Shown here piece after piece: positions 26,450 through 37,845 of a stretch of DNA of 64,000 bases (within the stretch, counting starts at the first letter, position 1; every line of letters begins with the position of its first letter). The notes below the pieces were generated by a model. The model saw only the letters and a program-made list of their open reading frames with translations. It did not search any database and was not told the origin of the DNA. The DNA is from Squalus acanthias (lineage: Eukaryota): the NCBI GenBank assembly GCA_030390025.1, contig CM059433.1, positions 4,960,001 through 5,024,000 of the forward strand, in the 5' to 3' direction. The position numbers and the translations under genes are program-made.

Positions 26450-27290
26450 GAGGCCAAGCACTGCACGACAGGAGAAGAGGGAATCAATAAACAATTTACA
26501 CCAATCGGGTCAGCCTGAGCCAGTGGCCGGTGAGGCGGATGGAGTTGGTGGCGAGGGTATGGAGTTTGGGCGAGGGCTAAAAACAATAACTTTGATCTTC
26601 CCAGTGTTTAGTTGAAGGAAGTTATGGCTCATCTAAGAGTGAATGTCAGACAAGTAGTTGTAACAGCACAGCAGCTGTGGAGAGTTGTACATGTGGAAAC
26701 TGACCCCATGTATGCAGATGCCACCAAGGAGTAATATGTAAATGAGGAAGAGGGAACCGTGATCCTTTGGGAACTCTGGAGATAATAGCTTCTCTTCCTA
26801 CCCTGCACCATTCGTAGTGATGCTCTGGCCACTCTCAGACAGTTGAGAGTGCAACTGAATAAAGGCAGTCCCACTGAGCTGAGCACTGGAGGAGAGGTGT
26901 TGGGGGAGGATGATATGGTCAACCATGTTGAAAGCTGCTGAGAAGATTGGGAGGGATAATGTAGTCACCATCACAGGGAATGTCATTCAGAACTTTGATT
27001 TGGCCTGTTGCAGTGCTGTGGGAAGAGAAGAAACCGGATTAGATTGATTCAGGAGAGAATTGTAGGAGAAGTAGGCATGGAACTGGAAGGCAACAATGCA
27101 AGGGCCTTGGAAGGAAAAGGAAGGTTATAGATGGGGCTGTAGTTAATGAGGACAGAATAGGTGAGACGGGGGGTTTTGAAGGTGGGGGGCGCTGACTTCA
27201 GTGCATGAGGAGAAGGATCCTGGAATAGCTTGTATGGGAGCCAAGAAGAGAAGGTTTAGTAGGAGGCCACAACTAGGAGAAGAACACAGG
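26450..27290 (-). mobile_element. Old L2 LINE RT fragment
   Basis: SAAFNMVDHIIL remnant; degenerate similarity to the L2 at 50600-51500. Confidence 0.65.
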
Positions 27291-28250
27291 GCCAGTCCCT
27301 TTGACTGCTCCGGCACTCTTCCTAGTGCTGTAGCATTGGCAAAGGCATGGAAGTGGACTTGAGTCACTCTCATATTCAGGAAAAATAAATGGTGGGGGGG
27401 AAATAAAAATGTGAGAAAATAGGTTAATGTTATATAAAGAAAAACTTAAATGCAGTTCACTGTTTATACTTTTAGATTCCGAGGTACTTTCTTTCCATTA
27501 ATTTAAGATTTTTTTCTACAGTAACTCACATAATTAGAATAAGTTGCAATTCTGCACCAGAAGTCTAAAGTAGAACCATCTTGTGCATACCAACCAAACT
27601 TGTAAAAGGAACAATTCTAAAGAAATAATTACAGTCTGTAGAGTGGCAACTATTACAGCATATATTTGCAGTCTCTCAATACTTATTCCGGTTCATAGAT
27701 GAGCCATGGGCGTATGTGTCTTTATAGAGGTTTGCATGCCACGAGCACATAATGGGGATTTGAGAGTTAATTTTAATGGATGGAAAATCGTGGGGTGCAA
27801 GTCTGATATCCCAATATGGGCTCCAGGCACTGGGAGCGCTGGGGATGAGTATTTAATCCATAATTCCTGCAGTAAATTTCCTTTCCATGTCTTTGTTTTG
27901 TGCTGCTCTGCTATATGCAGAGGGCAGTGCCACAGATTTTCTTTTTAAAATTATAAATAAATAAAATGCTGCATTTTGGGAAGGAGAGAATTGTGGTTGA
28001 GTTTGCACTGGATTTATCAACTTGTTCACTTTGTTACATGTTGTAGTGTTTGTTTTTTCTACATTTTAGGTGATTATTATTAGAAAATTTAAATAAAATC
28101 AAAAATATAAATAACATGATAAATAATTCAAAAGTAAAATTGTTTTAAAATAGTGCCCTTTTAAAATTCGGCTTCCAATTTTGGAAAAGGGATGTATACT
28201 TAGCATATACACAAAAGATCCTGTTTACTAATTAAGCCTCTGAATTTTAG

Positions 28251-28386
28251 ATAACTTGCAGAAAAGATGTAGAATCAGCATTAAGGCAGTTGGAACGAGA
28301 AAAAGCACTTCTTCAGCACAAGAATGCAGAATATCACCGTAAAGCTGAAATGGAAGCAGATAAAAAACGTGGCCTAGAAAATGAGG
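28251..28386 (+). CDS. ROCK2: ROCK2 exon F (ITCRKDVESALRQLEREKALLQHKNAEYHRKAEMEADKKRGLENE)
   Basis: tttAG acceptor, GTAAGG donor, 136 nt. Confidence 0.96.
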
Positions 28387-28601
28387 GTAAGGACCAATTA
28401 TATTCATCTTGTATTTTAGATTGAACCGAACATTACATCAGGATAAACATTTAACAGAATAGAAACCGGCTGGTATCCAGCCCAACAGGTGTAACAGAAG
28501 CAAAACACTGCAGATGCTGGAAATCTTTTATTAAAAAAAAAAAATCAGAAAATGGTGGAAACACTCAGCAGGTCAGGCAGCATCTGTGGAGCGAGAAACA
28601 G

Positions 28602-28637
28602 AGTTAACGTTTCAGGTCATGACCCTTCATCAGAACT
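28602..28637 (-). ncRNA. Hammerhead ribozyme motif in a Penelope pLTR
   Basis: Minus strand reads AGTT-CTGATGA-A-GGGTC-AT-GACCT-GAAA-CGTT-AACT. Confidence 0.72.
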
Positions 28638-29223
28638 AGAAAAAGTTAGAGATGTAACCGGTTTTAAACAAGTACTGAGGCAGGGAAAGGCGGGGGTGGG
28701 GGTGGAGGGAAGGAAATAACAAAAGGAAAGGTCTGTGATAGGGTGGAAAGCAGGAGAAATTAAACAACAAAAGGGATGATGGTGCAAGGCAAAAAGGGGA
28801 GCTAATGGGACAATAAAAGAAAAAGAAAATGGGACTAGAGGAGCTGAAAATGACAAAAGCAGAATCATTACCAGCACCTGCTGACCGAAGAATTGGGAGC
28901 AGTAGTTATGATCTGAAGTTGTTGAACTCGATGTTGTAGGCTGTAAAGTGCCGAATCGAAAGATGAGGTGCTGTTCCTTGAGCAGGTGATTTACTTGTAC
29001 TACCTTCAATTTAGTATATTGTATTCGCTGCTGACGATGCGATCTCTATACACTGGGGAGACCAAACCCAGATTTGGTGATCGCTTTGCGGAACACCTCC
29101 GTTCAGTCCGCAAGCGTGACCCTGAGCTTCCGGTCGTTTGTCATTTTATTTCTCCGCCCCACTCCCACTCTGACCTCTGCCCCCTGCACTGTTCTAAAGA
29201 AGCTCAATGGAAGCTCGAGGAAC

Positions 29224-29765
29224 TTGAGAATTAGGAGCAGGAGTAGGCCATACGGACCCTCGAGCCTGCTCCACCATTCAATAAGAGCGTGGTTGATCTT
29301 CGACCTCAACTCCACTTTCACGACCGATCCCCATTTCACTTGATTCCCCATGAGTCCCAAAATCTGTCGATCTCAGCCTTAAATAGACTCAATGATTTAG
29401 CAGCCACAGCCCTTTGGGGTAGAGAATTCCAAAGATTCACAACCCCCTGCGTGAAGAAATTCCTCCTCTTCTCAGTCTTAAATGGCCGACCCCCTTATCC
29501 TGAGACTATGCCCTGTAGTTCTAGACTCTCCAGCCAGGGGAAACAACCTCTCAGCATCCAATCTGTCAACCACCCTCAGAATCTTATGTTTCAATGAGAT
29601 CACCTCATTCTTCTAAACTCCAGAGAGTATAGGCCCAATCTACTCAATCTCTCCTCATAGGACAACCCTCTCATCCCAGGAATCAATCTAGTGAACCTTC
29701 GTTGCACCACCTCTAAGGAAATATGTCGTTCCTCAGATAAGGAGACCAAAACTGTGCACAGTAGA
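29224..29765 (-). mobile_element. CR1 LINE 3' fragment inserted into the Penelope remnant
   Basis: VQRRFTRLIPGMRGLSYEERLSRLGLYSLEFRRMR plus CR1 tail. Confidence 0.88.
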
Positions 29766-30127
29766 GCAAAACTACACCTCATCTTTCGATATATGCTCGA
29801 ACGAGTTACGAGTTCAGATCTAGAGTAAAAGGGGGATTGGGGGAAGGGTTGGCCTGGTACAGAAAGAAGGAAAACAGTAGAGGTAGTTGATGGATTGTCC
29901 TTTACCTTGGTGACTAAGAAATCCATGTGATCCTCACAGTTATTGTTCATGAAGGTGGGAGGGAGGTTTAAGGAGACAGTTTGCCATCCAGGATGATCCT
30001 TGAGTAGTGGGTGGTTTTGGCAGAAGAGAGTGAGACCCAGTGGAGCTTAATGTGGTCAAGCCAGATCTCCATCTCTTGACTCCCCTTTCCAAAAAGGAGA
30101 CCATAACAAATCGGAGGAGGGGGGAAT

Positions 30128-31160
30128 GAACATAAGAATTAGGAATAGGCCATATGGCCCCTCGAGCCTGCACTGCTATTCAATAAGATCATGGCTGATC
30201 ATCAACCTCAACTCCACTTTCCCGCCTGATCCCCATATCCCTTGATTCCCCTAGAGTCCAAAAATCGATCTATCTCAGCCTTGAATATACTCAATGACTC
30301 CGCATCCACAGCCCTTTGGGGTTGAGTATTCCAAAGATTCACAACCCTCTGAGTGAAGAAATTCCTCCTCATCTCAGTCTTAAATGGCCGACCCCTTATC
30401 CTGAGACTATGCCCTGTAGTTCCAGACTCTCCAGCCAGGGAAACTACCTCTCAGCATCTACCCTGTCAATTCCCCTCAGAATCTTGTATGTTTCAATGAG
30501 ATCACCTCTCATTCTTCTAAACTCCAGAGAGTATAGGCTCAATCTTTCCTCATAGGACAACCCGCTCATCCCAAGGATCAATCTAATGAACCTTCATTGC
30601 ACTGCCTCTAAGGCAAATATATCCTTCCTCAGATGAGACCAAAACTGTGCACAGTACTCCAGGTGTGGTCTCGCCAAAGCCCTGTACAATTGTAGTAAGA
30701 TTTCCTTATTCTTGTATTCCAACCCCCTTGCAATAAAGACCAACATGCCATTTGCCTTCCTAATTGCTTGCTGTACCTGCATTCTAACTTTGTGTTTCCT
30801 GTAAGAGGACACCTAAATCTCTCTGAACACCAACATTTAATAGTTTCTCACCATTTAAAAAATACTCTCTATTCCTACCAAAGTGAATAACCTTACTTTT
30901 CCCCACATTATACTCCATCTGCCACCTTATTGCCCACTCACTTAACCTGTCTATATCCCATTGCAGGCTCTTTGTGTCCTCTCACAACTTACTTTCCCGC
31001 CTAGCTTTGTATCGTCAGTAAACTTGGATACATTGCACTCGGTCCCTTCATCTAAGCCAATAATATAGATTGTAAATAGCTGAGGCCCAAGCGCTGATCC
31101 TTGCGACACCCCACTAGTTACAGCCTACCAACCAGAAAATTACCCATTTATCCCTACTCT
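30128..31160 (-). mobile_element. CR1 LINE 3' fragment
   Basis: KANGMLVFIARGLEYKNKEILLQLYRALARPHLEYCAQFWS plus CR1 tail. Confidence 0.9.
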
Positions 31161-31384
31161 GTTTAGGAAGATCACAACCAATGCATCCACTATCTCTGCA
31201 GCCAGGGGCATAACATAGAATCTACAGCACAGAGAACCCGAATTGTCTATCCGGTGTATATAACACAGGTGCTCTGCTCCATCCCTAGCCCCCCTAAGTT
31301 CTGTGACCTAGGAGGAGGGTTGGCTCCTAAACAGCTCACAGAAGGCTGTCTGTCTCTTTCCTCCCCCCACCTCCACAGTGTAAC

Positions 31385-32420
31385 AGAGGTGAGAATAGCT
31401 ACCCTTGACATCAGCATTTGATTGATTGTATGGCACTAAGAAGCCCTCGTAAAATCTAGTTCAATGAGGGTCAGGGGGAAAACCCTTCAGTGGCTAGAGC
31501 CATAGCTGAGACAAAAGAAGATGGCAGTGTATGTTGGAAACCAGTCATTACAACCCAAGAATATTGCTACAGGAGTTCTTCAGGGAATTGTTCTTGGCCC
31601 AATCGTCTTCAGTTGCTTCATCAATGACCTTCCTGCCATTATAATGCCACATGCAAGGCTTCTCGCTGACTATTCCATTTTTAAGCCCTCTGATAATGAA
31701 GCAGCCTGTGCCAGCTTACAGCAGGACATGAACAACATCCAGGCTTGGGCTAACAAGTGGCAGGTAACATTCAGGCCATATAGTGTTAGGTAGTGGCCAT
31801 CTCCAACAAAAAAAGACTCAACCACCTGCCCCTAGCCTTCAATGGCAGCATGATCGCTGAGCCCCGCCTATCCTTAACACCGTTGACCAGTAGCAGAACT
31901 GGACCGGCCATATCAACATCATGGCTACAAAAACAGTGTAGAGGCTGGGTTCTCTGCAAAGTGGCTCACCTCCTGACCCCTCAAAGGTTCCCCACCATCT
32001 ACAAGGCTCAAGTCAGGATTGTGATGGAATGCTCACCATTTGCCTGGATGAGTCAGATACAAGTTTGCTCAGGAATCTTAATACCATCCAGAACAGAGCA
32101 GTCCACTTGATTTTCACTCCTGCCACTGGATTCAGTATCAACCCCTCTGTCACTGGCGCACCATGGCTACAGTATATACTACAGGATACACTATAGCAAA
32201 TCACCAAGCTTACTTTGACAGCAGCTGTCAGCCCTGTGACCTCTACCACCAAGTGCAGCAAAATAATTGAAATACAGTCATCCACAAGTTCCCTTAGAAG
32301 TCTCTCACCATCCTGACTTGGATGTATACTGCCGTTTCTTCATCGTCGCTGTGTCAAAATTCTGGAATTGCCTACCCAACACTGTTGTGGGAGCAACATA
32401 ACAATAAGGTAACCACCACC
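31385..32420 (+). mobile_element. Decayed non-LTR retrotransposon of a second CR1/L2-group family (RT and 3' region)
   Basis: ATGVLQGIVLGPIVFSCFINDLP, IQAWANKWQVTF, TIYKAQVRIVMEC. Confidence 0.8.
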
Positions 32421-32541
32421 TCAGAGCAAAATAATACTGCCATGCCATTGTCATCTCCAACTCGAGAACAAATTTAAAAAAAACCTCTGCACCTCAGCTT
32501 TGTACTCCCAAGAAAGAAAGACCTTGCATTTATTAAGAAAA

Positions 32542-32746
32542 TAAGAACATAAGAATTAGGAGCAGGAATAGGCCATACGACCCCTTGAGCCTGCACTGCC
32601 GTTCAATAAGATCCACTTTCCCGCCTGATCCCCATTTCCCTTGATTCCCATAGAGTACAAAAATCTATCAGTCTCAGCCTTGAATATACTCAACGCCTGA
32701 GCATCTACAGCCCTCTAGGGTAGAGAATTCTAAAGATTCACAACCC
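32542..32746 (-). mobile_element. CR1 3' tail fragment
   Basis: Similar to 30128-30350. Confidence 0.75.
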
Positions 32747-32831
32747 TACAAACAACACTGAAATAGATGACCAGATAATCTATTTTAGTGGTATTGGTTG
32801 AGGGATAAATATTGGCCAGGACATTGGGAAA

Positions 32832-33785
32832 TCTGGTCTTCCCCAGGAATCTGTACTGGGGCCTCAGCTTTTCATCATGTATATTGATGACTTGGATTAA
32901 CAAAGAGAGTTGTATATCCAAGTTTGAAATTACTCAATGTTCGGAGGCACAGCAAGTTGTGTGCATGGGAGCAGGAAGTTACAAAGGGACTTAAACAGGC
33001 TAAGTGAGTGGGTAAAGCTATGCCAGATGGAGTTCAATGTGGGGAGGTGTGAGGTCATCCACTTTGGATCTGAGAAAGACAAATCGGAATATTTTCTTAA
33101 TAGTGAGAGGCTCGGAGCAGTTGAGGAGCAACAGGATTTAGGTGTCCTTGTAACCATCACTAAAAGCTACTGCACAGGTATGAAAAGTAATCAAAAATGC
33201 TAATGGAATATCTTGATGGAATTAGAATTGAAAAGTGAAGAGGTAATGCTTCAGTTGTACAGAGCCTTGGTTAGACCCCTCTGGAGTACTGCATTCAGCT
33301 TGGGGCACTGAACCTCAGGGAAGATATATTGGAAAGCATACAGTGGAGATTCAGCAGAATTATATCAGGGCTTAAAGGGTTAAATTATGCAGACAGGTTG
33401 CATAAACTTGGCTTGTGTTCCATTGATGATTAGGTTGAGGAGTGATCTAATCACGGTGTTTAAAATGATAAAAGAATTCAGTAGGGTAGATACAGAGAAA
33501 CTATTTCCTCTGATGGGCATAACCTTAAAATTAGAGCCAAGCCATTTAGGAGTAAAATCAGGAAGCACGAGGGTAGTGGAAATCTGGAGCTTGTTCCCCA
33601 AAAGGCTGTGGATGCTGGGTCAATAAAATTTTCAGAACTGAAATCGATACATTTTTGATGGGTAAGGATATTAAGGTATATGGAACAAAGGTGGGTAAAT
33701 GGAGTTGTGATACAGATCAGTCATTATCTAATTGAATGGCGGAAGAGGCTCAAGGGGATGAATGGCCTACTCCTGATCCTATAAT
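32832..33785 (+). mobile_element. CR1 LINE 3' fragment
   Basis: KLQRDLNRLSEWVKLCQMEFNVGRCEVIHFG plus CR1 tail. Confidence 0.88.
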
Positions 33786-33794
33786 CCCTTGCTC

Positions 33795-34000
33795 GTCCTC
33801 GAATAGCGTCATGGGATCTTTTACGTCCACCTGAGGAGGCAGTTGGGTCCTCAATTTAACATCTCACTCGAAAGACAGCACATTTGACAGTGCAGTTTCC
33901 CCTCAGTATTGAACTGAAATGTCAATTTAGACTGTGCTTAAGTATCTGGAGTGATACCTTCTGACTCAAAGGCAAGAGTGCTGTCATTGAGCCAAGCTCT
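33795..34000 (-). mobile_element. Deu-domain SINE 5' part
   Basis: catgggatcttttacgtccacctga...tttaacatctca...cgaaagacagca. Confidence 0.7.
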
Positions 34001-34149
34001 TGATGGTAGAGTCTTGCTCTGTAGAACACTAGGCTCTCCGTATTCATGTTATTTGAGACTGGATTCATAAATAGGAGCATAGAGGTGGCTGTTTTTGATT
34101 GCCTGTATCACGCTACTAATGTTGCTGACAATCATTTTGTGAACACTAG

Positions 34150-35042
34150 GGGGTAGAAATTAGGTCGCGCCCCATTTGGGGCGCAAATATCGTCCGGACG
34201 CAAATATTAGCGCCTGGCGCTAATTATCGGCACTGACAGGAAACTTCACTTTTACCGCCCCGGGAGGTGAGTGGAGCGCTAAAGCAGGCGCTGCACACCT
34301 CTCTTAAGGCGCAAAGGCCGAGCAGTGAGGCGCTAACTCGGAGCGCTGGCGAAGCTCATGTAATGTCAGTCAGCAATGGAACACACACACAATGGCACGG
34401 GCCAGTTCTTAAAGGGGATGGTTAATCTTGCTTTCCATCCACATCCTGTTCATTGCTGCCTTGAATCTCGGCCTGGAGAGACTTGCACATCAAATGTGCT
34501 GGAAAGAACAATGGAGAGTACCAGGCAAAGAGCTCAGAGTGCAGCTCCCACAGTCTCTGCTAAATCGATACAAGGAATGGCAAATCAAAATGAACCTGCA
34601 AAGTGCTGCTCAGTACCCAAAACTCCTTCACACAACGTTGAATCTCTCCAGAAGTCTCTCCCTCTCTCTCTCAGAATGCGTAGTTCAAAAATGCCACCAA
34701 CAATAAAAGACAGGAAGAGGCCCCCTTTAAATAGCGCCCCCCCCAGCCCCACAGCGATTGATAGCGTTCCAGTCTTCTGGTCGTTTGAAGCGACAGGCGG
34801 TAAGGCAGGGGGCGCCACTCAATTTCCACTACGGGGCGCCACAAGGGCGTTGCACCATGGAATGACGTCACAATCTGCGTGCGCAGGTGGTCGCAGCGGT
34901 AAGTTTTAGCGCCGCCGCACAATCTCAAGTTAAGTTCTCGAGCGGCGCAAACATCGCTGCGCCCGGGCGTTAGCGGCTTTGCGCCCCATTAGCGCCCTCT
35001 TAAGGCGCTAACGGGAGGCGCAACCAAGTGAATTTTTACCCC
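34150..35042. mobile_element. Harbinger-type GC-rich MITE (~0.9 kb)
   Basis: TIRs GGGGTAGAAATT and GGGGTAAAAATT, TSD TAG on both sides, many GCGCC/GGCGC subterminal motifs. Confidence 0.85.
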
Positions 35043-35716
35043 TAGAGCTTTAACTTCCAACAATCTCAATAAACATATTTTAGAATCACAATTAATGTCT
35101 ACCCTGTCAGCCTTTGGTAAGGTGCACACTACCACATCCCAGCGAGGGAGATTTTCGGACAGTGCCACAGTATGTACAAGAGAGTATCTTCTTTGGCTTC
35201 CCAGTGCCAATACTCAGTTTTGCTATTGGAGTGTAATTGAATCTGTGGAAGATCTTCAATTGAATTAACCCCATCTGTGCACTGCTCGCTGAAAATTGCC
35301 AAATTGTTGACCAGTTAAAGAGCATGAATTGATGTCCAGATTCCTTTCCTGAAGATTTTGTTTACTGTCTTTTACCTTGTTGACTATCTTGTAAAGTGAG
35401 GTCTGTTAGTTTCTTGGGGTGTGGGGAGGGACATTCTCAAATTCTGAGGAATCCGGAAACTGTCTACCGTAGAGTGCAAGACCGTACAGAATAGTTTGTG
35501 GAACAGCTTGAATTGCTGAAATTTCTGTTGGAACAATACAAGAAGCCCTCTTTCTATATTGGCACTTAAAATTAACGTACTGTATATTCGAAAGTTACAT
35601 ACTGGTGTTGTACAGAAGAGCAAAATGTTTGTGTGTCCATCACTTGCTTTTCAGATGATTGCGTAGCTGGAATATGTAATTTTATTCGGTACTTATAACA
35701 AAATTGTGCTTCACAG

Positions 35717-35808
35717 TTAATAGTCTGAAGGACCAACTTGAAGATCTGAAGAAAAGGAATCAGAACTCTCAAATCTCAAATGAGAAAATGGCTCAAATAC
35801 AGAGACAG
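35717..35808 (+). CDS. ROCK2: ROCK2 exon G (VNSLKDQLEDLKKRNQNSQISNEKMAQIQRQ)
   Basis: cacAG acceptor, GTTAGT donor, 92 nt. Confidence 0.96.
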
Positions 35809-36129
35809 GTTAGTTGTACTACTTTTTTTGAAGTAATTTTGTGAAAGACAATGGAACTGAAGTACTTCCACTGACTATTTGCAATACCTGTCTGAAGATG
35901 CATTGTTTGACCTATTTATGACTCGGTAAGGTTTCTGAACGTCAGGAATTGGCAGCTAGACAGTTTCCATTTTTGTCCCCACTGACACTTCTGGTGAATT
36001 ATAACAAAATCTTTTTGACTTACTTGGGGGAAAAAAACAATTCTGCTTCATTTCAATAAATAAAATGGAACTTTAAAGGTTCTCATTGCCTATTTATTAC
36101 TTTCCTGGGCTAAAATGCTACTGCTAGCC

Positions 36130-37335
36130 TGTTCAGCTTAATTTATGCCACAACCAACGGATCAGGTCAAAGCTCTGCAGTTCTGCCACATCCAGTCATG
36201 AATGGTGGTGACAATTAAACAACTAACAGAAGGAGGAGGCTCCATGAACATCCTCAATGATGGCAGAGTCTGGCATGTGAGTGCGTAAGACAAAGTTGAA
36301 GTGTTCGTAACCATCTTCAGCCAGAAGTGCCGAGTGGATGATCCTTCTCGGCCTCCTCCTGAGGTCCCCACCATCACAGATGCCAGTCTTCAGCCATTTG
36401 ATTCACTCCACATGACGGCAAGAAACGGCTGAGTGCACTGGACACAGCAAAGGCTACGGGTCCCCGACAACATCCCGGCTATAGTGATGAAGATCTGTGC
36501 TCCAGAACTAGCTGAGCCCTTAGCTAAGCTGTTCCAGTACAGCTACAACACTGGCATCTACTTGACAATGCGGAAAAATGCCCAGGAATGTCCTGTCCAC
36601 AAAAAGCAGGACAAATCCAACCCGGCCAATTACTGTCCCAGCAGCCTACTCCCAATCATCCCCAAATTTGTCGTCTGCAATCCTTTCAAGCAGCACTTAC
36701 TCATCAATAACCTGCTAACCAATGCTCAGTTTGGGTTCCACCAGAACTCCTTGGCTTCAATGTTCCCTCTAAGCTGCGCGCGGCCGCACAGCAATCGAGA
36801 AGATACCGCGCAGGCCACTCACAAGCTGTTCCCTCTAAAGTACCGTGCGTGCACAGCCACGCAACAAATTTAAAGGTACTGTGCACAAAAATCTTTTTTT
36901 AGAGGGACATTGCTTGACTCCAGACCTAATTACAGCCTGAGTCCAAACAGGAGATGAATTCCAGAGGTGAGATGAGAGTGATTGTCCTTGAAATCAAGGT
37001 ATTTCACCGAGTGTGGCACCAAGGAACCCTAGTAAAACTGAAGTCAATTGGGATCAGGGAGGAAACTCTTCAGTGGCTGGAGTCATACCTGGCAAAAAGG
37101 AAGATGGTTGTGGTCATTGGAGACCAATCATTTCAGCCCCAGGACATTGCTGCAAGAGTTCCTCAGGGCAGCGTGTCAGGCTAAACTATCTTCAATTGTT
37201 TGATCAGTGACCCTTCCTCCATCATAAGGTCAGAAGTGGGGCTGATTGCTGATGATTGTGTAGTACTCGACTCCATTTGCAATTCCTCAGATAATGAAGC
37301 AGTCCATGCCTGCTAGCAGCAAAACCTGGACAATA
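36130..37335 (+). mobile_element. Decayed non-LTR retrotransposon RT fragment (same family as 31385-32420)
   Basis: PDNIPAIVMKICAPELAEPLAKLFQ, PVHKKQDKSNPANY, NAQFGF, VPQGS. Confidence 0.82.
36758..36912. mobile_element. Short hAT-like MITE (155 bp) inserted in the LINE
   Basis: TIRs CAATGTTCCCTCTAA and CAATGTCCCTCTAA. Degenerate 8-bp TSD CTTGGCTT/CTTGACTC. A related left end occurs at 43151. Confidence 0.7.
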
Positions 37336-37845
37336 TCTGTAGCATTAATTTTCATGAACACACAAAATCCTTCGGAACAGATTTCCACTTGCTTGGCAAA
37401 TTCCTCATTTTTTTAATGAGAAAATACCAACACAGTGTGGACTGTGCTGGCTAATTAAAATGTCAACTTCAAACATTACGTTGACTTATAAAAAAAAAAT
37501 AAGTATATGGCAGCTTTGAAGTTTGACATTTTACTTAACTAACAAAATCAACATGCCAGCAATCAGATGTCGTCTTGTTAAAAATGCTGAAAATAAAAAT
37601 TCTCAGCGAGGCGTTTGGCAGTTATGTGCACAGGGCAAATTTGAATCTTGGGTTTTTAGGATCAAGATTGTTCAATGATGTTAGTTTCTTTTAAGTTTGG
37701 TCTCTCAAGTCATCTTTATTATTCTCTTTGCAACCTGTGCTATAATTTTTTTGTTAGCAAATTTTCTCCTGTCCTCTCTTCTGAGGTGGTTGACTTCTTG
37801 CTAATGTGCAGTTTCTCATGCTGATTTCCCTCTGGTACCTTGTCC

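Larger units (their letters stand above)
28495..29790. mobile_element. Penelope remnant: inverted pLTR and 3' ORF end (28495-28985, -) abutting a + strand GIY-YIG fragment that is interrupted by CR1
   Basis: KEQHLIFRFGTLQP on -. YTGETKPRFGDRFAEH on +. The + strand sequence stops at AAGCTCGAGGAAC (29223) and resumes as CACCTCATCTTTCGAT near 29775. Confidence 0.8.

Noticed and set aside
34376..34909. 177-aa ORF, and overlapping ORFs at 54475-54883 and 59736-60475
   Set aside because: They lie in GC-rich MITEs where stop codons are scarce, and show no protein motifs.
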